A stretch of 64,000 nt of DNA from Saprospiraceae bacterium (lineage in GTDB: Bacteria > Bacteroidota > Bacteroidia > Chitinophagales > Saprospiraceae): assembly GCA_020630775.1 (NCBI GenBank), contig JAHDIN010000002.1, positions 108,607-172,606 of the forward strand, written 5' to 3'. The notes beneath the pieces were generated by a model. That model did no database searches, was not told where the DNA came from, and saw only the letters and a list, made by a program, of their open reading frames with translations. Shown one piece after another: positions 37,724 to 46,782 of the stretch (within the stretch, counting starts at the first letter, position 1; every line of letters starts with the position of its first letter). Made by a program: the position numbers and the translations under genes.

Positions 37724-39997
37724 ATGTATTATCTTTGTGGCCTACAAGCATTACACGTGACGTCCATGAAGAAATTCTTACTCTTAATTACAATTGTTTT
37801 TCTTACTGCTGCTAATACTATATTAGCTCAAAACGTAGAAGTTGATAGACCATCAATAGGGTTGGCTCTAAGTGGTGGCGCGGCGCATGGTTTTGCACAT
37901 ATTGGTGTTATCAAGTATTTAGATGAAATTGGTTTAGAAGTAGATAACATTACAGGCACTAGCATGGGCAGTGTTATTGGTGGACTTTATGCAATGGGAT
38001 ATTCTGCAGATGAGATTGCACACATTGCTGCTAATCAAGATTGGAAGTTGATCATGAGTAATCATACACCTTTGTATGAAGTAGCGCCTATCGAAAAGCA
38101 GTTTCATGAAAAAATTCCACTATCTATCTTCTGGAATGAAGACTCATTTACTTTTCCTTCAGGTCTTATCAAGGGTCAAAAATTAGATCTGATAATTACT
38201 AAAATATATGCGCCAGCATATTTTATAAATGACTATGATTTGCTGCACATTCCTTATAGATGTATGGCTGTAGATATAGAAAATGGCACTAAGGATGTAT
38301 TGTCATCAGGATTTTTAGGAGAATCGATTCGTGCGAGTATGGCAATTCCATCAGTTTTTCCACCGAAAGATATTGATGGTAAGTTATATGTAGATGGAGG
38401 GTTATTGAGGAATTTTCCTGTACAGGAGAATTTTGACATGGGTTCTCAAAAGGTAATTGGTGTTTACGTTGGAAGTGAAGTTTCAAAAAGAGAGGACCTT
38501 AAATCATCATTTGACATCTTTAAACAATCTATATGGTTGGGATCCATTTTGGATTCGAAAGAGCAATCAAAATTAGCGGATATCCTAATCAAGCCAGATG
38601 TCAAAGAAATAGGTTCATTCGATTTTGATAAATATGAAGAATTCATTCGATTGGGTTATGAAAAAACTAAAGAGCAAGCTGAAGCATTAAAAGCAATGGC
38701 CAAGGAGCAGGCTAAACATCCTAAAAGGAAGAGAAGACCCAAGCTTAATAATTTAGATTATCTGCGATTTTCTAAAATTTCTACTTCTGTTAAAGATCCT
38801 GTTTTGCAAAAGATGATATCAAATAATTTAAAATTTGGTACAAGGCAAAATGTAAGTTTTAGGCAACTAGAGGAAAGTTTGGCTCTGGTCTTTGGAACCA
38901 AGAATTTTTCAAAGACAAGTTATGATTTCGATATTAATGAAGAGGGTATAGAATTAATTGTTGAAACCGAAGATGTTAAACCTTATACACTTGGTGTTAG
39001 TTTGAATCGATTTAAAAATTATAATGCTTCGCTCATATTAATGTCTGAAGTTCGTAATGTGTTCGGCAAACCTTCTAGTTTAAGGCTTGATGGACGAATT
39101 TCAGAAAACCCTGGCATTCAAGGTTCGTATTATTATAGATTTCCATTTGAGCCAAGTTACTTATTGAATCTTAGAGCAAAGTATGAAGATTATGAATTAC
39201 CATTTTTTAATGATGGAGAAATTGATAGGTTATACAAAGCTAAGGATGGACATCTTGAAGTAGGTGTATCAAAGGAATGGAAGAATAAATATTTGTTTTC
39301 ATTAAGTTATGAGATATTGTTTAATCGATTAAGGTCTCGGGTATTTATTGAAGATGATTTTCAGAAATTAAGATCAAACCGAGAAGCTTTAAATATAGGT
39401 TTACAGTTCAACTCATTGAACAGACAGTTTTTTGCGAAGTCAGGTCAAAAATTTGATTTTAAAGCAACTTATGTTTTTAGTAATAACATAGATAGAATTA
39501 ATCAGGGGATAGGTACTACTTTTTTAGATTTTCCTGATGACAAAAACTACGTCAAAGCCGAGTTCAGTTACCAGAATTTTTATTCTATATCTGGCGTGGT
39601 TGCAGAGTTTGAATCAAAAGGTAGAATATCAAGTGGTCAAACTTTCTTAGATAATTTCAATATTGGTGGTCCCATCCAATCCAAATCTTATCAATATGGA
39701 TTTACAGGTTTGGATGATTTTGAATTAATTATGGGTGATCATATATCAGGTCGCTTTGGATTGAGATTCTCATTAAATGATAAATTTTTTATAACACCTC
39801 AGATTAATTATCTGTATGGCGAAAACTTTTTGTCTTATGCATATAATAATACTGATAAGAATCTAAATGAAGTGGGTATGGGTATTTCGTTAAGTATTAA
39901 TTCACCAATAGGTCCAGTAGTTTTGGATATAGGTATTAATACTGATCGGGAAGAGCCTATTGCCAATATTGGATTTGGTTATAGACATATATTATAA
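37724..39997 (+). CDS. Patatin-like phospholipase fused to Omp85/surface-antigen beta-barrel (PlpD-like)
   Basis: GLALSGGAAHG oxyanion motif, GTSMG nucleophile elbow and DGG motif in the N-terminal third. The C-terminal ~350 aa have an alternating beta-strand pattern ending GFGYRHIL. The likely true start is ATG 37766 (MKKFLLLITIVF signal). Confidence 0.85.
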   Translation: MYYLCGLQALHVTSMKKFLLLITIVFLTAANTILAQNVEVDRPSIGLALSGGAAHGFAHIGVIKYLDEIGLEVDNITGTSMGSVIGGLYAMGYSADEIAHIAANQDWKLIMSNHTPLYEVAPIEKQFHEKIPLSIFWNEDSFTFPSGLIKGQKLDLIITKIYAPAYFINDYDLLHIPYRCMAVDIENGTKDVLSSGFLGESIRASMAIPSVFPPKDIDGKLYVDGGLLRNFPVQENFDMGSQKVIGVYVGSEVSKREDLKSSFDIFKQSIWLGSILDSKEQSKLADILIKPDVKEIGSFDFDKYEEFIRLGYEKTKEQAEALKAMAKEQAKHPKRKRRPKLNNLDYLRFSKISTSVKDPVLQKMISNNLKFGTRQNVSFRQLEESLALVFGTKNFSKTSYDFDINEEGIELIVETEDVKPYTLGVSLNRFKNYNASLILMSEVRNVFGKPSSLRLDGRISENPGIQGSYYYRFPFEPSYLLNLRAKYEDYELPFFNDGEIDRLYKAKDGHLEVGVSKEWKNKYLFSLSYEILFNRLRSRVFIEDDFQKLRSNREALNIGLQFNSLNRQFFAKSGQKFDFKATYVFSNNIDRINQGIGTTFLDFPDDKNYVKAEFSYQNFYSISGVVAEFESKGRISSGQTFLDNFNIGGPIQSKSYQYGFTGLDDFELIMGDHISGRFGLRFSLNDKFFITPQINYLYGENFLSYAYNNTDKNLNEVGMGISLSINSPIGPVVLDIGINTDREEPIANIGFGYRHIL

Positions 39998-40017
39998 ATA
40001 TCTTTCAAGTCGATGCA

Positions 40018-40716
40018 TTGAAAAAATTACTCATTGTTATCTCTTTTGTTTCACTTTTCTTTTTCTATAAATTCGGAAGATCGATTTATATGCCTTTTGT
40101 TAATAAAGTAAAGCCATCTGAAACCGTTGAATCAGTAGTTTATAAGATTGGTGATAAAGTATCTAGTAATTTAGAAAAGGACCTTCAATCAATAGGACTT
40201 CAATCTTTTCCTCAGAAGATCACCATATTAGCATTTAAAGAAGAACAAGTATTGCAGGTGTATGCACATGTTCAAGAATCCAAGTTATTGCTTAAAGAAT
40301 TTCCTTTCACTGCTACAAGTGGTCAATTAGGTCCTAAATTAAAAGAAGGTGATAAGCAAATACCTGAAGGGGTTTATGCTATTGAGTATCTAAATCCGAA
40401 TAGTCATTATTACCTCTCAATGAAGGTTGATTATCCAAATGCATTTGATAAGTCCAAAACTATTTATGAGGATTACAGCGAGATGGGTGGCGATATATTT
40501 ATTCATGGTAAATCTGCTACAGTCGGTTGTATCCCCATCGGAGATAAAGCCATAGAAGAACTTTTCGTTCTTGTTCAAGCTGCTCTACCGCAAGGTGTAG
40601 AAGTGATCATTAGCCCAAGAGATTTTAGAAATAATGATGAATGGCCAGTCATCGACTTTATTGATTGGGAAGAAGAGTTATATGCTATTATTGAAGACCG
40701 ACTCAAAGCATTTTAA
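40018..40716 (+). CDS. L,D-transpeptidase (YkuD/YafK-like) family protein
   Basis: TTG start and an N-terminal anchor. IHGKSATVGCIPI contains the His...Gly-Cys catalytic signature of YkuD domains. Confidence 0.7.
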   Translation: MKKLLIVISFVSLFFFYKFGRSIYMPFVNKVKPSETVESVVYKIGDKVSSNLEKDLQSIGLQSFPQKITILAFKEEQVLQVYAHVQESKLLLKEFPFTATSGQLGPKLKEGDKQIPEGVYAIEYLNPNSHYYLSMKVDYPNAFDKSKTIYEDYSEMGGDIFIHGKSATVGCIPIGDKAIEELFVLVQAALPQGVEVIISPRDFRNNDEWPVIDFIDWEEELYAIIEDRLKAF

Positions 40717-40824
40717 AAGTACCTCCTACTTTTGATCTCAACTTATTTAAAATCGAAATTTTGCTAAATCCCTAAAAGCTATTCAGGGAAAAAGTCTAGA
40801 TTAAAATATCAGACAAAGTCGTAA

Positions 40825-40926
40825 CTAACCCTCTATACCTCTAACCCTCTATACCTCTAACCCTCTATACCTCTATACCTTTATACCTTGATACCTTGAT
40901 ACCTAGATCCTTGATACCTCGATTTC
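40825..40926. repeat. Array of 13 consecutive 8-bp units (consensus yNATACCT), beginning as three perfect 16-mers
   Basis: CTAACCCTCTATACCT occurs three times (40825-40872). Then come CTATACCT, TTATACCT, TGATACCT, TGATACCT, AGATCCT, TGATACCT and CGATTTC, head to tail. Confidence 0.9.
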
Positions 40927-40985
40927 ATAATGAACTATAGTTCTATTCTAAACTCTAAACAATATTAAAACTTAAAATTCAGTTG

Positions 40986-41007
40986 TATAACTGAAAAATA
41001 CGTTATA
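40986..41007 (+). promoter_or_regulatory. Candidate BlaI-type operator (TATAAC-N10-GTTATA) upstream of first blaI-like gene
   Basis: Perfect 6-bp inverted repeat 24 nt upstream of ATG 41031. A near-identical motif lies upstream of the second blaI-like gene. Confidence 0.3.
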
Positions 41008-41030
41008 TATTTATCACACAAAGAAATAGC

Positions 41031-41399
41031 ATGAATAGATTAACTAAAGCAGAAGAGGAATTAATGCATATGATATGGGAGTATGGTCCAACAACTGTTA
41101 GTCAGTTGATTTCTAAAATGGAAGAGCCACATCCGCCACATAGCACCATTTCGTCAATAGTCCGCATCCTTGAGAAAAAAGGTTTTGTTGATCACAAAGC
41201 TTATGGAAGGACCTATGAGTATTTTCCAATTATTCTCAAAGAAGACTATTCGAAATTTTCTTTAAAGAATCTTGTTGCTGGATATTTTGAAGGGTCAATG
41301 AATAATCTTGTTTCCTTCTTAGTAAAAGAAAATGATATGAGTTTAAAGGAGTTGTCCGAAGTTATCAATCAGATTGAGGATAAAGAAAAGAAAGGATAG
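41031..41399 (+). CDS. BlaI/MecI/CopY family transcriptional repressor
   Basis: 122-aa winged-helix protein (LTKAEEELMHMIW...STISSIVRILEKKGFV...YEYFP), immediately upstream of an M56 protein gene. Confidence 0.85.
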   Translation: MNRLTKAEEELMHMIWEYGPTTVSQLISKMEEPHPPHSTISSIVRILEKKGFVDHKAYGRTYEYFPIILKEDYSKFSLKNLVAGYFEGSMNNLVSFLVKENDMSLKELSEVINQIEDKEKKG

Positions 41400-41440
41400 C
41401 CAACAACCATTTAGAAAAACCGCACTTAAAATAAATCATC

Positions 41441-44400
41441 ATGATCCAGTATTTTTTAGAAGTCTCAATAGCTTGGATAATATTTTACAGCATTTATTTT
41501 TTCTTCCTAAAAAGGGAAACCTTCTTTGCTTCAAACAGATGGTACTTGATCAATACGCTTTGGATTGGAGCCATCATCCCTTTTCTAAGAAAGATACCTT
41601 GGACGATAGAAACAACACAAGCCATCATTATAGAACCCGTTACAATTATCAATCATACCACGCATTCATTTTCAAATTATATTTCTCAACCAACTCAAAC
41701 TAATGCTTTCAATTGGGAATGGATTTTATTACTTGTTTATGTTACCGGTGTGGTACTTACTTCCATTAAAATGTTTGTTGGTTTAAATAAAATCAGGCAA
41801 ATTTTTGTCAATGGTAAAAAAGAAAAATTTTCAAACTACACACTTGTTCTTTCAGAAAAATTTCATTTACCATTTTCATTTTTGAAGTATATATTTTTAT
41901 CAGAAAGCTTTTTAAAGCATCCTTCCATTAAAGAAATTTTAGATCATGAGACCATTCACGTAGAAAGCAGACATACTTTGGATGTCTTGTTCATGGAAAT
42001 TATGAGTATTGTTTTCTGGTGGAACCCAATGATTTATTTATATAAAAAATCAATAAAAGAAACGCATGAGTATGTGGCTGACGCATATGCTTCTCAGCAT
42101 ACTCATAAAAAGAATTATGGCCGAATTCTTTTAGGGCAAAGCTCGTCCGGAATCGAGCTTGCCCTTACTAATCAATTTTTTAATTCACATTTAAAAAAAC
42201 GTATGACTATGTTATATCAAAAAAAGTCGGCCCGTTACAAGTTGAGTAAGTACTTGCTCGTTATTCCGTTTTTCGTTTTTCTAACATTTCTTTTTTCTAG
42301 TAATACAATCGCTGGAGATAATGAAATAATAAGCGAACCGCTTCCAAGTTTTATAGAAGCCTCTACTTCACCTGATGATGATTTAAGGTTAATGACAACA
42401 GCAGTAGATGGGAAAATGAAATTAGGTAGATCCTATGCATTTAAAATTATTAAGGATCCAACTTTGAAGGAGAATGTTGAATTTGCTGTAACACCTTCAA
42501 TTGCCCATCTTAAGATTGTCGATGATAAAATAGATTTTGAAAAAGAGGGTATTTTCAAATTTGATGTCACTATCGAGTCTATGCCAAAAAATGATGAAAA
42601 GGTAAAAGTAAAAGTATGGACAATAAGCAAATCTGTTGAGTTAGAATTTGATGTAGAATTTGATAATGCTTACCAAAAAGAAACACTTGCTGTGGCTAAT
42701 TCAGAAGATGTGCAAGACGCTGAATATAAAATAAAGTATTACCATAATGGTGAACCATTCGAGATAGAAGGCAAAGAAACATTTGAATTAGATGGTTATA
42801 TGTTATACACAACTGATTCAGTGGATTTGAAGAAGAATTATAATGTCACTGGAAAAGTAAGAGTTGTAGATCTTATTGGAACTTTAAGTACTGACCCTAT
42901 CAGACTCATTACGAAGTGGGATCAAAGTCAAGATCTAGAAGTTGGAAAATCTTATCTGTTTACTCTTAAGTATATGGGTGAAAATCCAGAAGATTGGAGA
43001 CCAAAGGTATATTTAAAAGAAACACATGCAAAAATAGAGTTTGTTGAAGATAGGGTAGGTGAGGTAGACTTTATGGTAACCCCTAAAGTTGAAATCAAAG
43101 GAGGTCTTGATCTAACATTAATATGTGAAGATCAAGAGAATAGAATTGAAAAGTCATATCGTATTGCGGGTATGAGGACCTTTACAACTGAAGGTAAAGA
43201 AGATGTCCATGTGTCTGAGCGCTCTTTTTATCAAGAAGGAATGACAGATCCTTTGGTAGTTATAAATGGTAAAATATCTGAATCAGAATTGGAGCATTAT
43301 TTCACCGAAAGCAAAGTTCATACAGTAAATGTGTTGTCTGGAAAGGCCGCTTTAGCTAAATATGGCAAACGAGCAATTGATGGTGCCATTGAGGTGAATG
43401 GTGATTTTCAGGCAAATACGGAAGAACCTAAAGCTGATTATCCAGTGCCTAGTCAATATGAAGAAGTATTTAAGGTTGTTGAAGAAATGCCTAGATTTCC
43501 TGGATGTGAACATTTGAATGAAAATGAAAAGAGTGATTGTTCTACAGAAATGTTATTGGCTTTTGTTCAGAGTAATATAAACTATCCTGAAGCAGCCAAA
43601 AACAATAAAGTTGAAGGAAGGGTTTATGTTCAGTTTATTGTCCGTAAAGATGGTTCAGTAACCGATGGTAAAGTGGTAAGAGATATAGGATCAGGCTGTG
43701 GTGATGAAGCCTTACGGATGATTAATAAGATGCCGAAGTGGATTCCAGGGAAACAAAGAGGCCAACTAGTTGATGTCTTATTTACATTGCCTGTGAAGTA
43801 TCGATTGCCTTCAGGTGAAGCTGTTAATATTGAGTTGTCTCAAAATTATCCAAATCCTTGGCGTGAGCAGACTACTGTGAATTTCAACCTTGAAAAAGCG
43901 GAGGCTGTAAAGTTTATGATTTATAATGTACAAGGTAATGTGATAGATCAATATGAGATTGATGGTAAAGCTGGAAAAAATGAAATCGTTATTGATAAAG
44001 ATAAGTTTGGAAATAAATTTGGCGTATACTATTACTCAATTAGATCGACAAACGATTTAACTGTAGAGCCTACACGAAAAATGGTCTTCATGGAGCCAAA
44101 TGGTAGCAGTGATAAGATGCAATCACCTTCTAATTCTGGACCATCTTTGCCGCCTCCACCGCCTCCTCCACCATCTCCTGAGGAGATGCTTACCAGTTTA
44201 TTTGATAGATGTGCAAATCCTGTCATTTTAATGAATGGCACACAGATAACTAGAGAAGCGTTTGAAGGATCATACAGACATGCCTGGAAATCATTACGTG
44301 TTTCTCAAAACAAAGAGGATCTAAATGAATATTATATTTCTCCAAAAGATTGTGGTGTGATTTTATTGGAAGTGGATAAAAAGGAAGTGGAAAGAATTAA

Positions 44401-45127
44401 CGCAGAAAAGAAACAGCAATCTGTCAAATTCAAAAATAATAATGGCAGTGAGTGTGAGCCGCTCTTTTTTATCAATGGTCAACAAATAGTCGCTCCTGTT
44501 CTAGAAGAAATAGATCCGTCAGATATCAAAAAAATTGAAGTTGTAAAAAATAAAGTACAATTAAGATCGATGGGTATTGATGACTCTAGTTGCGGAGCTG
44601 TTTTTGTTACTTTGAAAAATAAGCAGAAAACGAGAAAGTATTTAAAGGACAAGAGGGGTTCTAAAATAAAAATTGGAAAAGAGTCTATAGGCGAAGTTGT
44701 AGATGGAGAGTTACAGGAATCTGCATTTGAATCTGGCTTGATACGTAATGATGTGGTGAGTACATATGGTTTGCAAAAGCAGGACTTAAAGACTAAAATA
44801 AAAGGTGCCGAGAAGTATGATTACTTAAGCTTTAGGTTTACTGAAGAAGGCACAAAATTAGAAGATCAAATGCCTTTTCAACTAAAGATATTTGGAAATC
44901 CAGTTACGGATCAGCAACTTAAGTTTCAATTTAATTCTGAATTTGATGGGCCATGCACAGTACATATCACAGATATGAATGGTAGACCTGTGGCTCAAGA
45001 AAAGTATAATACATCAGGTGCCGTTTTAGAATCACAAATCTCCTTGACAAATCTTACACCAGGTGTGTACTCTATGACTGTATTTCAAGGAACAGGCTCC
45101 GTAAGCAAGAAATTTATTATTCAATAA
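41441..45127 (+). CDS. M56 (BlaR1-like) membrane metalloprotease fused to TonB C-terminal domain and two T9SS-CTD-like domains
   Basis: N-terminal TM helices and HETIH zinc motif (41945-41959). TonB_C-like segment (FKVVEEMPRFPGCE...YPEAAKNNKVEGRVYVQFIVRKDGSV...LPVKY, ~43459-43806). Internal CTD-like segment (YPNPWREQTTVNF...GVYYYSIRS...RKMVFME, ~43835-44095). Pro8 run (44150-44173). Terminal CTD (IFGNPVTDQQLKFQF...GVYSMTVFQGTGSVSKKFIIQ). Confidence 0.8.
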   Translation: MIQYFLEVSIAWIIFYSIYFFFLKRETFFASNRWYLINTLWIGAIIPFLRKIPWTIETTQAIIIEPVTIINHTTHSFSNYISQPTQTNAFNWEWILLLVYVTGVVLTSIKMFVGLNKIRQIFVNGKKEKFSNYTLVLSEKFHLPFSFLKYIFLSESFLKHPSIKEILDHETIHVESRHTLDVLFMEIMSIVFWWNPMIYLYKKSIKETHEYVADAYASQHTHKKNYGRILLGQSSSGIELALTNQFFNSHLKKRMTMLYQKKSARYKLSKYLLVIPFFVFLTFLFSSNTIAGDNEIISEPLPSFIEASTSPDDDLRLMTTAVDGKMKLGRSYAFKIIKDPTLKENVEFAVTPSIAHLKIVDDKIDFEKEGIFKFDVTIESMPKNDEKVKVKVWTISKSVELEFDVEFDNAYQKETLAVANSEDVQDAEYKIKYYHNGEPFEIEGKETFELDGYMLYTTDSVDLKKNYNVTGKVRVVDLIGTLSTDPIRLITKWDQSQDLEVGKSYLFTLKYMGENPEDWRPKVYLKETHAKIEFVEDRVGEVDFMVTPKVEIKGGLDLTLICEDQENRIEKSYRIAGMRTFTTEGKEDVHVSERSFYQEGMTDPLVVINGKISESELEHYFTESKVHTVNVLSGKAALAKYGKRAIDGAIEVNGDFQANTEEPKADYPVPSQYEEVFKVVEEMPRFPGCEHLNENEKSDCSTEMLLAFVQSNINYPEAAKNNKVEGRVYVQFIVRKDGSVTDGKVVRDIGSGCGDEALRMINKMPKWIPGKQRGQLVDVLFTLPVKYRLPSGEAVNIELSQNYPNPWREQTTVNFNLEKAEAVKFMIYNVQGNVIDQYEIDGKAGKNEIVIDKDKFGNKFGVYYYSIRSTNDLTVEPTRKMVFMEPNGSSDKMQSPSNSGPSLPPPPPPPPSPEEMLTSLFDRCANPVILMNGTQITREAFEGSYRHAWKSLRVSQNKEDLNEYYISPKDCGVILLEVDKKEVERINAEKKQQSVKFKNNNGSECEPLFFINGQQIVAPVLEEIDPSDIKKIEVVKNKVQLRSMGIDDSSCGAVFVTLKNKQKTRKYLKDKRGSKIKIGKESIGEVVDGELQESAFESGLIRNDVVSTYGLQKQDLKTKIKGAEKYDYLSFRFTEEGTKLEDQMPFQLKIFGNPVTDQQLKFQFNSEFDGPCTVHITDMNGRPVAQEKYNTSGAVLESQISLTNLTPGVYSMTVFQGTGSVSKKFIIQ

Positions 45128-45234
45128 GAGGGAATAAGCTTTACTTCATTTAACCCGGATTATGCAATAGGATTCGAAGCGAAAGCCCAAAGTATAATAA
45201 AATCAAGTACTTATGTGATGAGTCATAGTCATCA

Positions 45235-46704
45235 CTATGGCGAAGAATAAATGGAATGGTAAGTATTTGATTTTGAAGTAATTTGGGTTTGCAGTAGATT
45301 CTCTATTGCGTAATTCTGGTTTAAGGTGTCAGTTTTATTAAGCTGACACCTTTCTTTTTGCTCTATCAAGTAAGATTTTGGAAAGTAAAATAAAAACGTA
45401 CTCCCTTCGTCTTGGTTAGATAGAACGCTAATTTTCCCTTTATACATTTCTAATACTTTCTTAACCGTGTATAATCCTAAGCCAGAGCTTTTGTATCCCT
45501 TTTTAGTATTTAATTTTTTGAAAGGTTCAAAAATATAATCACTGTATGCGGAGTCTATACCTATTCCATTATCGGATACTTCAAAAATGCAGTATTGAGA
45601 ATTGAGGTAAGAATTAATTTTTATTTTTTTTACTTCTGCGTTATTAAATTTCAATGCATTTTCGATGAGGTTTTGAAAGATGTAACTTAAATGGACTTTG
45701 TCCACATTTATGTCTAGTAAGTTAGAAGTAGAAATCTTAATATTATTTTTATTTTCTAAATCCAGTAGCTTGATGGTGTCATCTATTATTTTTTGTGTAG
45801 ACAAAACCTCGAGGCTGCATTGTTTCCAATCTGCTTTTTTATATGATGTGATACCCTCTATTAAGTTATGTAATTGTATGGCGGCATTATTAAGATGAGT
45901 AAGGTAGTCTTTGACTACTGGTTTAGGTTGGTCTAGTTTACGCTGGATCAGTTTTGAATAATTTGAAATCGTATGAATTGGTGTCTTTAGATCATGAGCC
46001 GCTAAAGTATTAAATAAGTCCAACTCTTTGTTTTGGTTTTGAATTGTTAAAGTCTTTTTGGCTAATTCTAAATTGGATAATCTTAATGCTTCTTTCGATT
46101 GTTTCTCTTGAATGATATAAGACCTATATTTTTTCATAATTATATACGCCAATACGCCGCAACTTAATATTGAGAAAGTCCCATTAATGATGTAATCATA
46201 AGGACTTAATCGAAAACTGTAAGTCGGCCCATAGATTTCTAAGAATATATAAGATCCAACAATGCTAAATAGTACAAGTCCTGTAAAAAAAAGACATTCA
46301 TAAATGCTATCAAAAAGAATGAAAATAAAGAAAATCAATACTGGTGCATATATCGAGCTATGTCCGTCTTTGCCAAAGGTGATCATGGTAAAGCATAGGG
46401 TTAGAAGCAAGCTTGGAAAAATTAATTTAAATGCATGATTGTAAAGCCGCTTACATAAAAGTATGTAGCTGGTGATGAGCGAAACAACCGTGATGGTTAA
46501 GCAAACAAGTGTTGGATACTGTTCTAGTTTAAAACAGTAATAGATATAAATCATTGAAATTCCTACCGAAATAGCAATGATAAGCTTACCAATAAGTACC
46601 CTCATGTTTACCAACGCATCTGTTTCTTGGGGTTTGATTGTTTTCATAAAACAGAGGTGTAGGTTTCTTAATTTCAATATAGCTAAAGTTGCATTAACAG
46701 TCAA
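45235..46704 (-). CDS. Membrane histidine kinase without adjacent response regulator
   Basis: Multi-TM N-terminal half, coiled coil, H-box AAHDLKTPIH, N-box FQNLIENALKF, G-boxes DNGIGI and GLGLYTVKK. The likely start is ATG 46647 (MKTIKPQ). Confidence 0.8.
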   Translation of the reverse strand: MTVNATLAILKLRNLHLCFMKTIKPQETDALVNMRVLIGKLIIAISVGISMIYIYYCFKLEQYPTLVCLTITVVSLITSYILLCKRLYNHAFKLIFPSLLLTLCFTMITFGKDGHSSIYAPVLIFFIFILFDSIYECLFFTGLVLFSIVGSYIFLEIYGPTYSFRLSPYDYIINGTFSILSCGVLAYIIMKKYRSYIIQEKQSKEALRLSNLELAKKTLTIQNQNKELDLFNTLAAHDLKTPIHTISNYSKLIQRKLDQPKPVVKDYLTHLNNAAIQLHNLIEGITSYKKADWKQCSLEVLSTQKIIDDTIKLLDLENKNNIKISTSNLLDINVDKVHLSYIFQNLIENALKFNNAEVKKIKINSYLNSQYCIFEVSDNGIGIDSAYSDYIFEPFKKLNTKKGYKSSGLGLYTVKKVLEMYKGKISVLSNQDEGSTFLFYFPKSYLIEQKERCQLNKTDTLNQNYAIENLLQTQITSKSNTYHSIYSSP

Positions 46705-46744
46705 TTAACAAAGGGTTGGCTATCTAATAACTATAATTTAGTTT

Positions 46745-46765
46745 AATAACTAAAAAATAGTTATA
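46745..46765 (+). promoter_or_regulatory. Candidate BlaI-type operator (ATAACT-N7-AGTTAT) upstream of second blaI-like gene
   Basis: Perfect 6-bp inverted repeat 19 nt upstream of ATG 46783. AATAACTAAAAAATAGTTATAT aligns with TATAACTGAAAAATACGTTATAT at 40986. Confidence 0.3.
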
Positions 46766-46782
46766 TTTAGTAAAACTTATCT

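Noticed and set aside
40825-40926. Possible CRISPR array or telomere-like (CCCTAA) repeat
   Set aside because: The units are only 8-16 bp and lie head to tail with no spacers, so this is not a CRISPR array. The CCCTAA hexamer arises only at the junctions of the 16-mer, in a bacterial chromosome context, and no cas genes are nearby.
41374-41703. 109-aa plus-strand ORF overlapping the end of blaI and the start of the M56 gene
   Set aside because: It is out of frame with two well-supported genes. The M56 frame encodes the expected TM helices, while this frame gives no recognisable features.
45208-45234. Hairpin GTGATGA-N7-TCATCAC just downstream of the orphan kinase stop as an intrinsic terminator
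   Set aside because: The stem is only 7 bp and is not followed by a T-run on the minus strand, so it is too weak to report as a feature.
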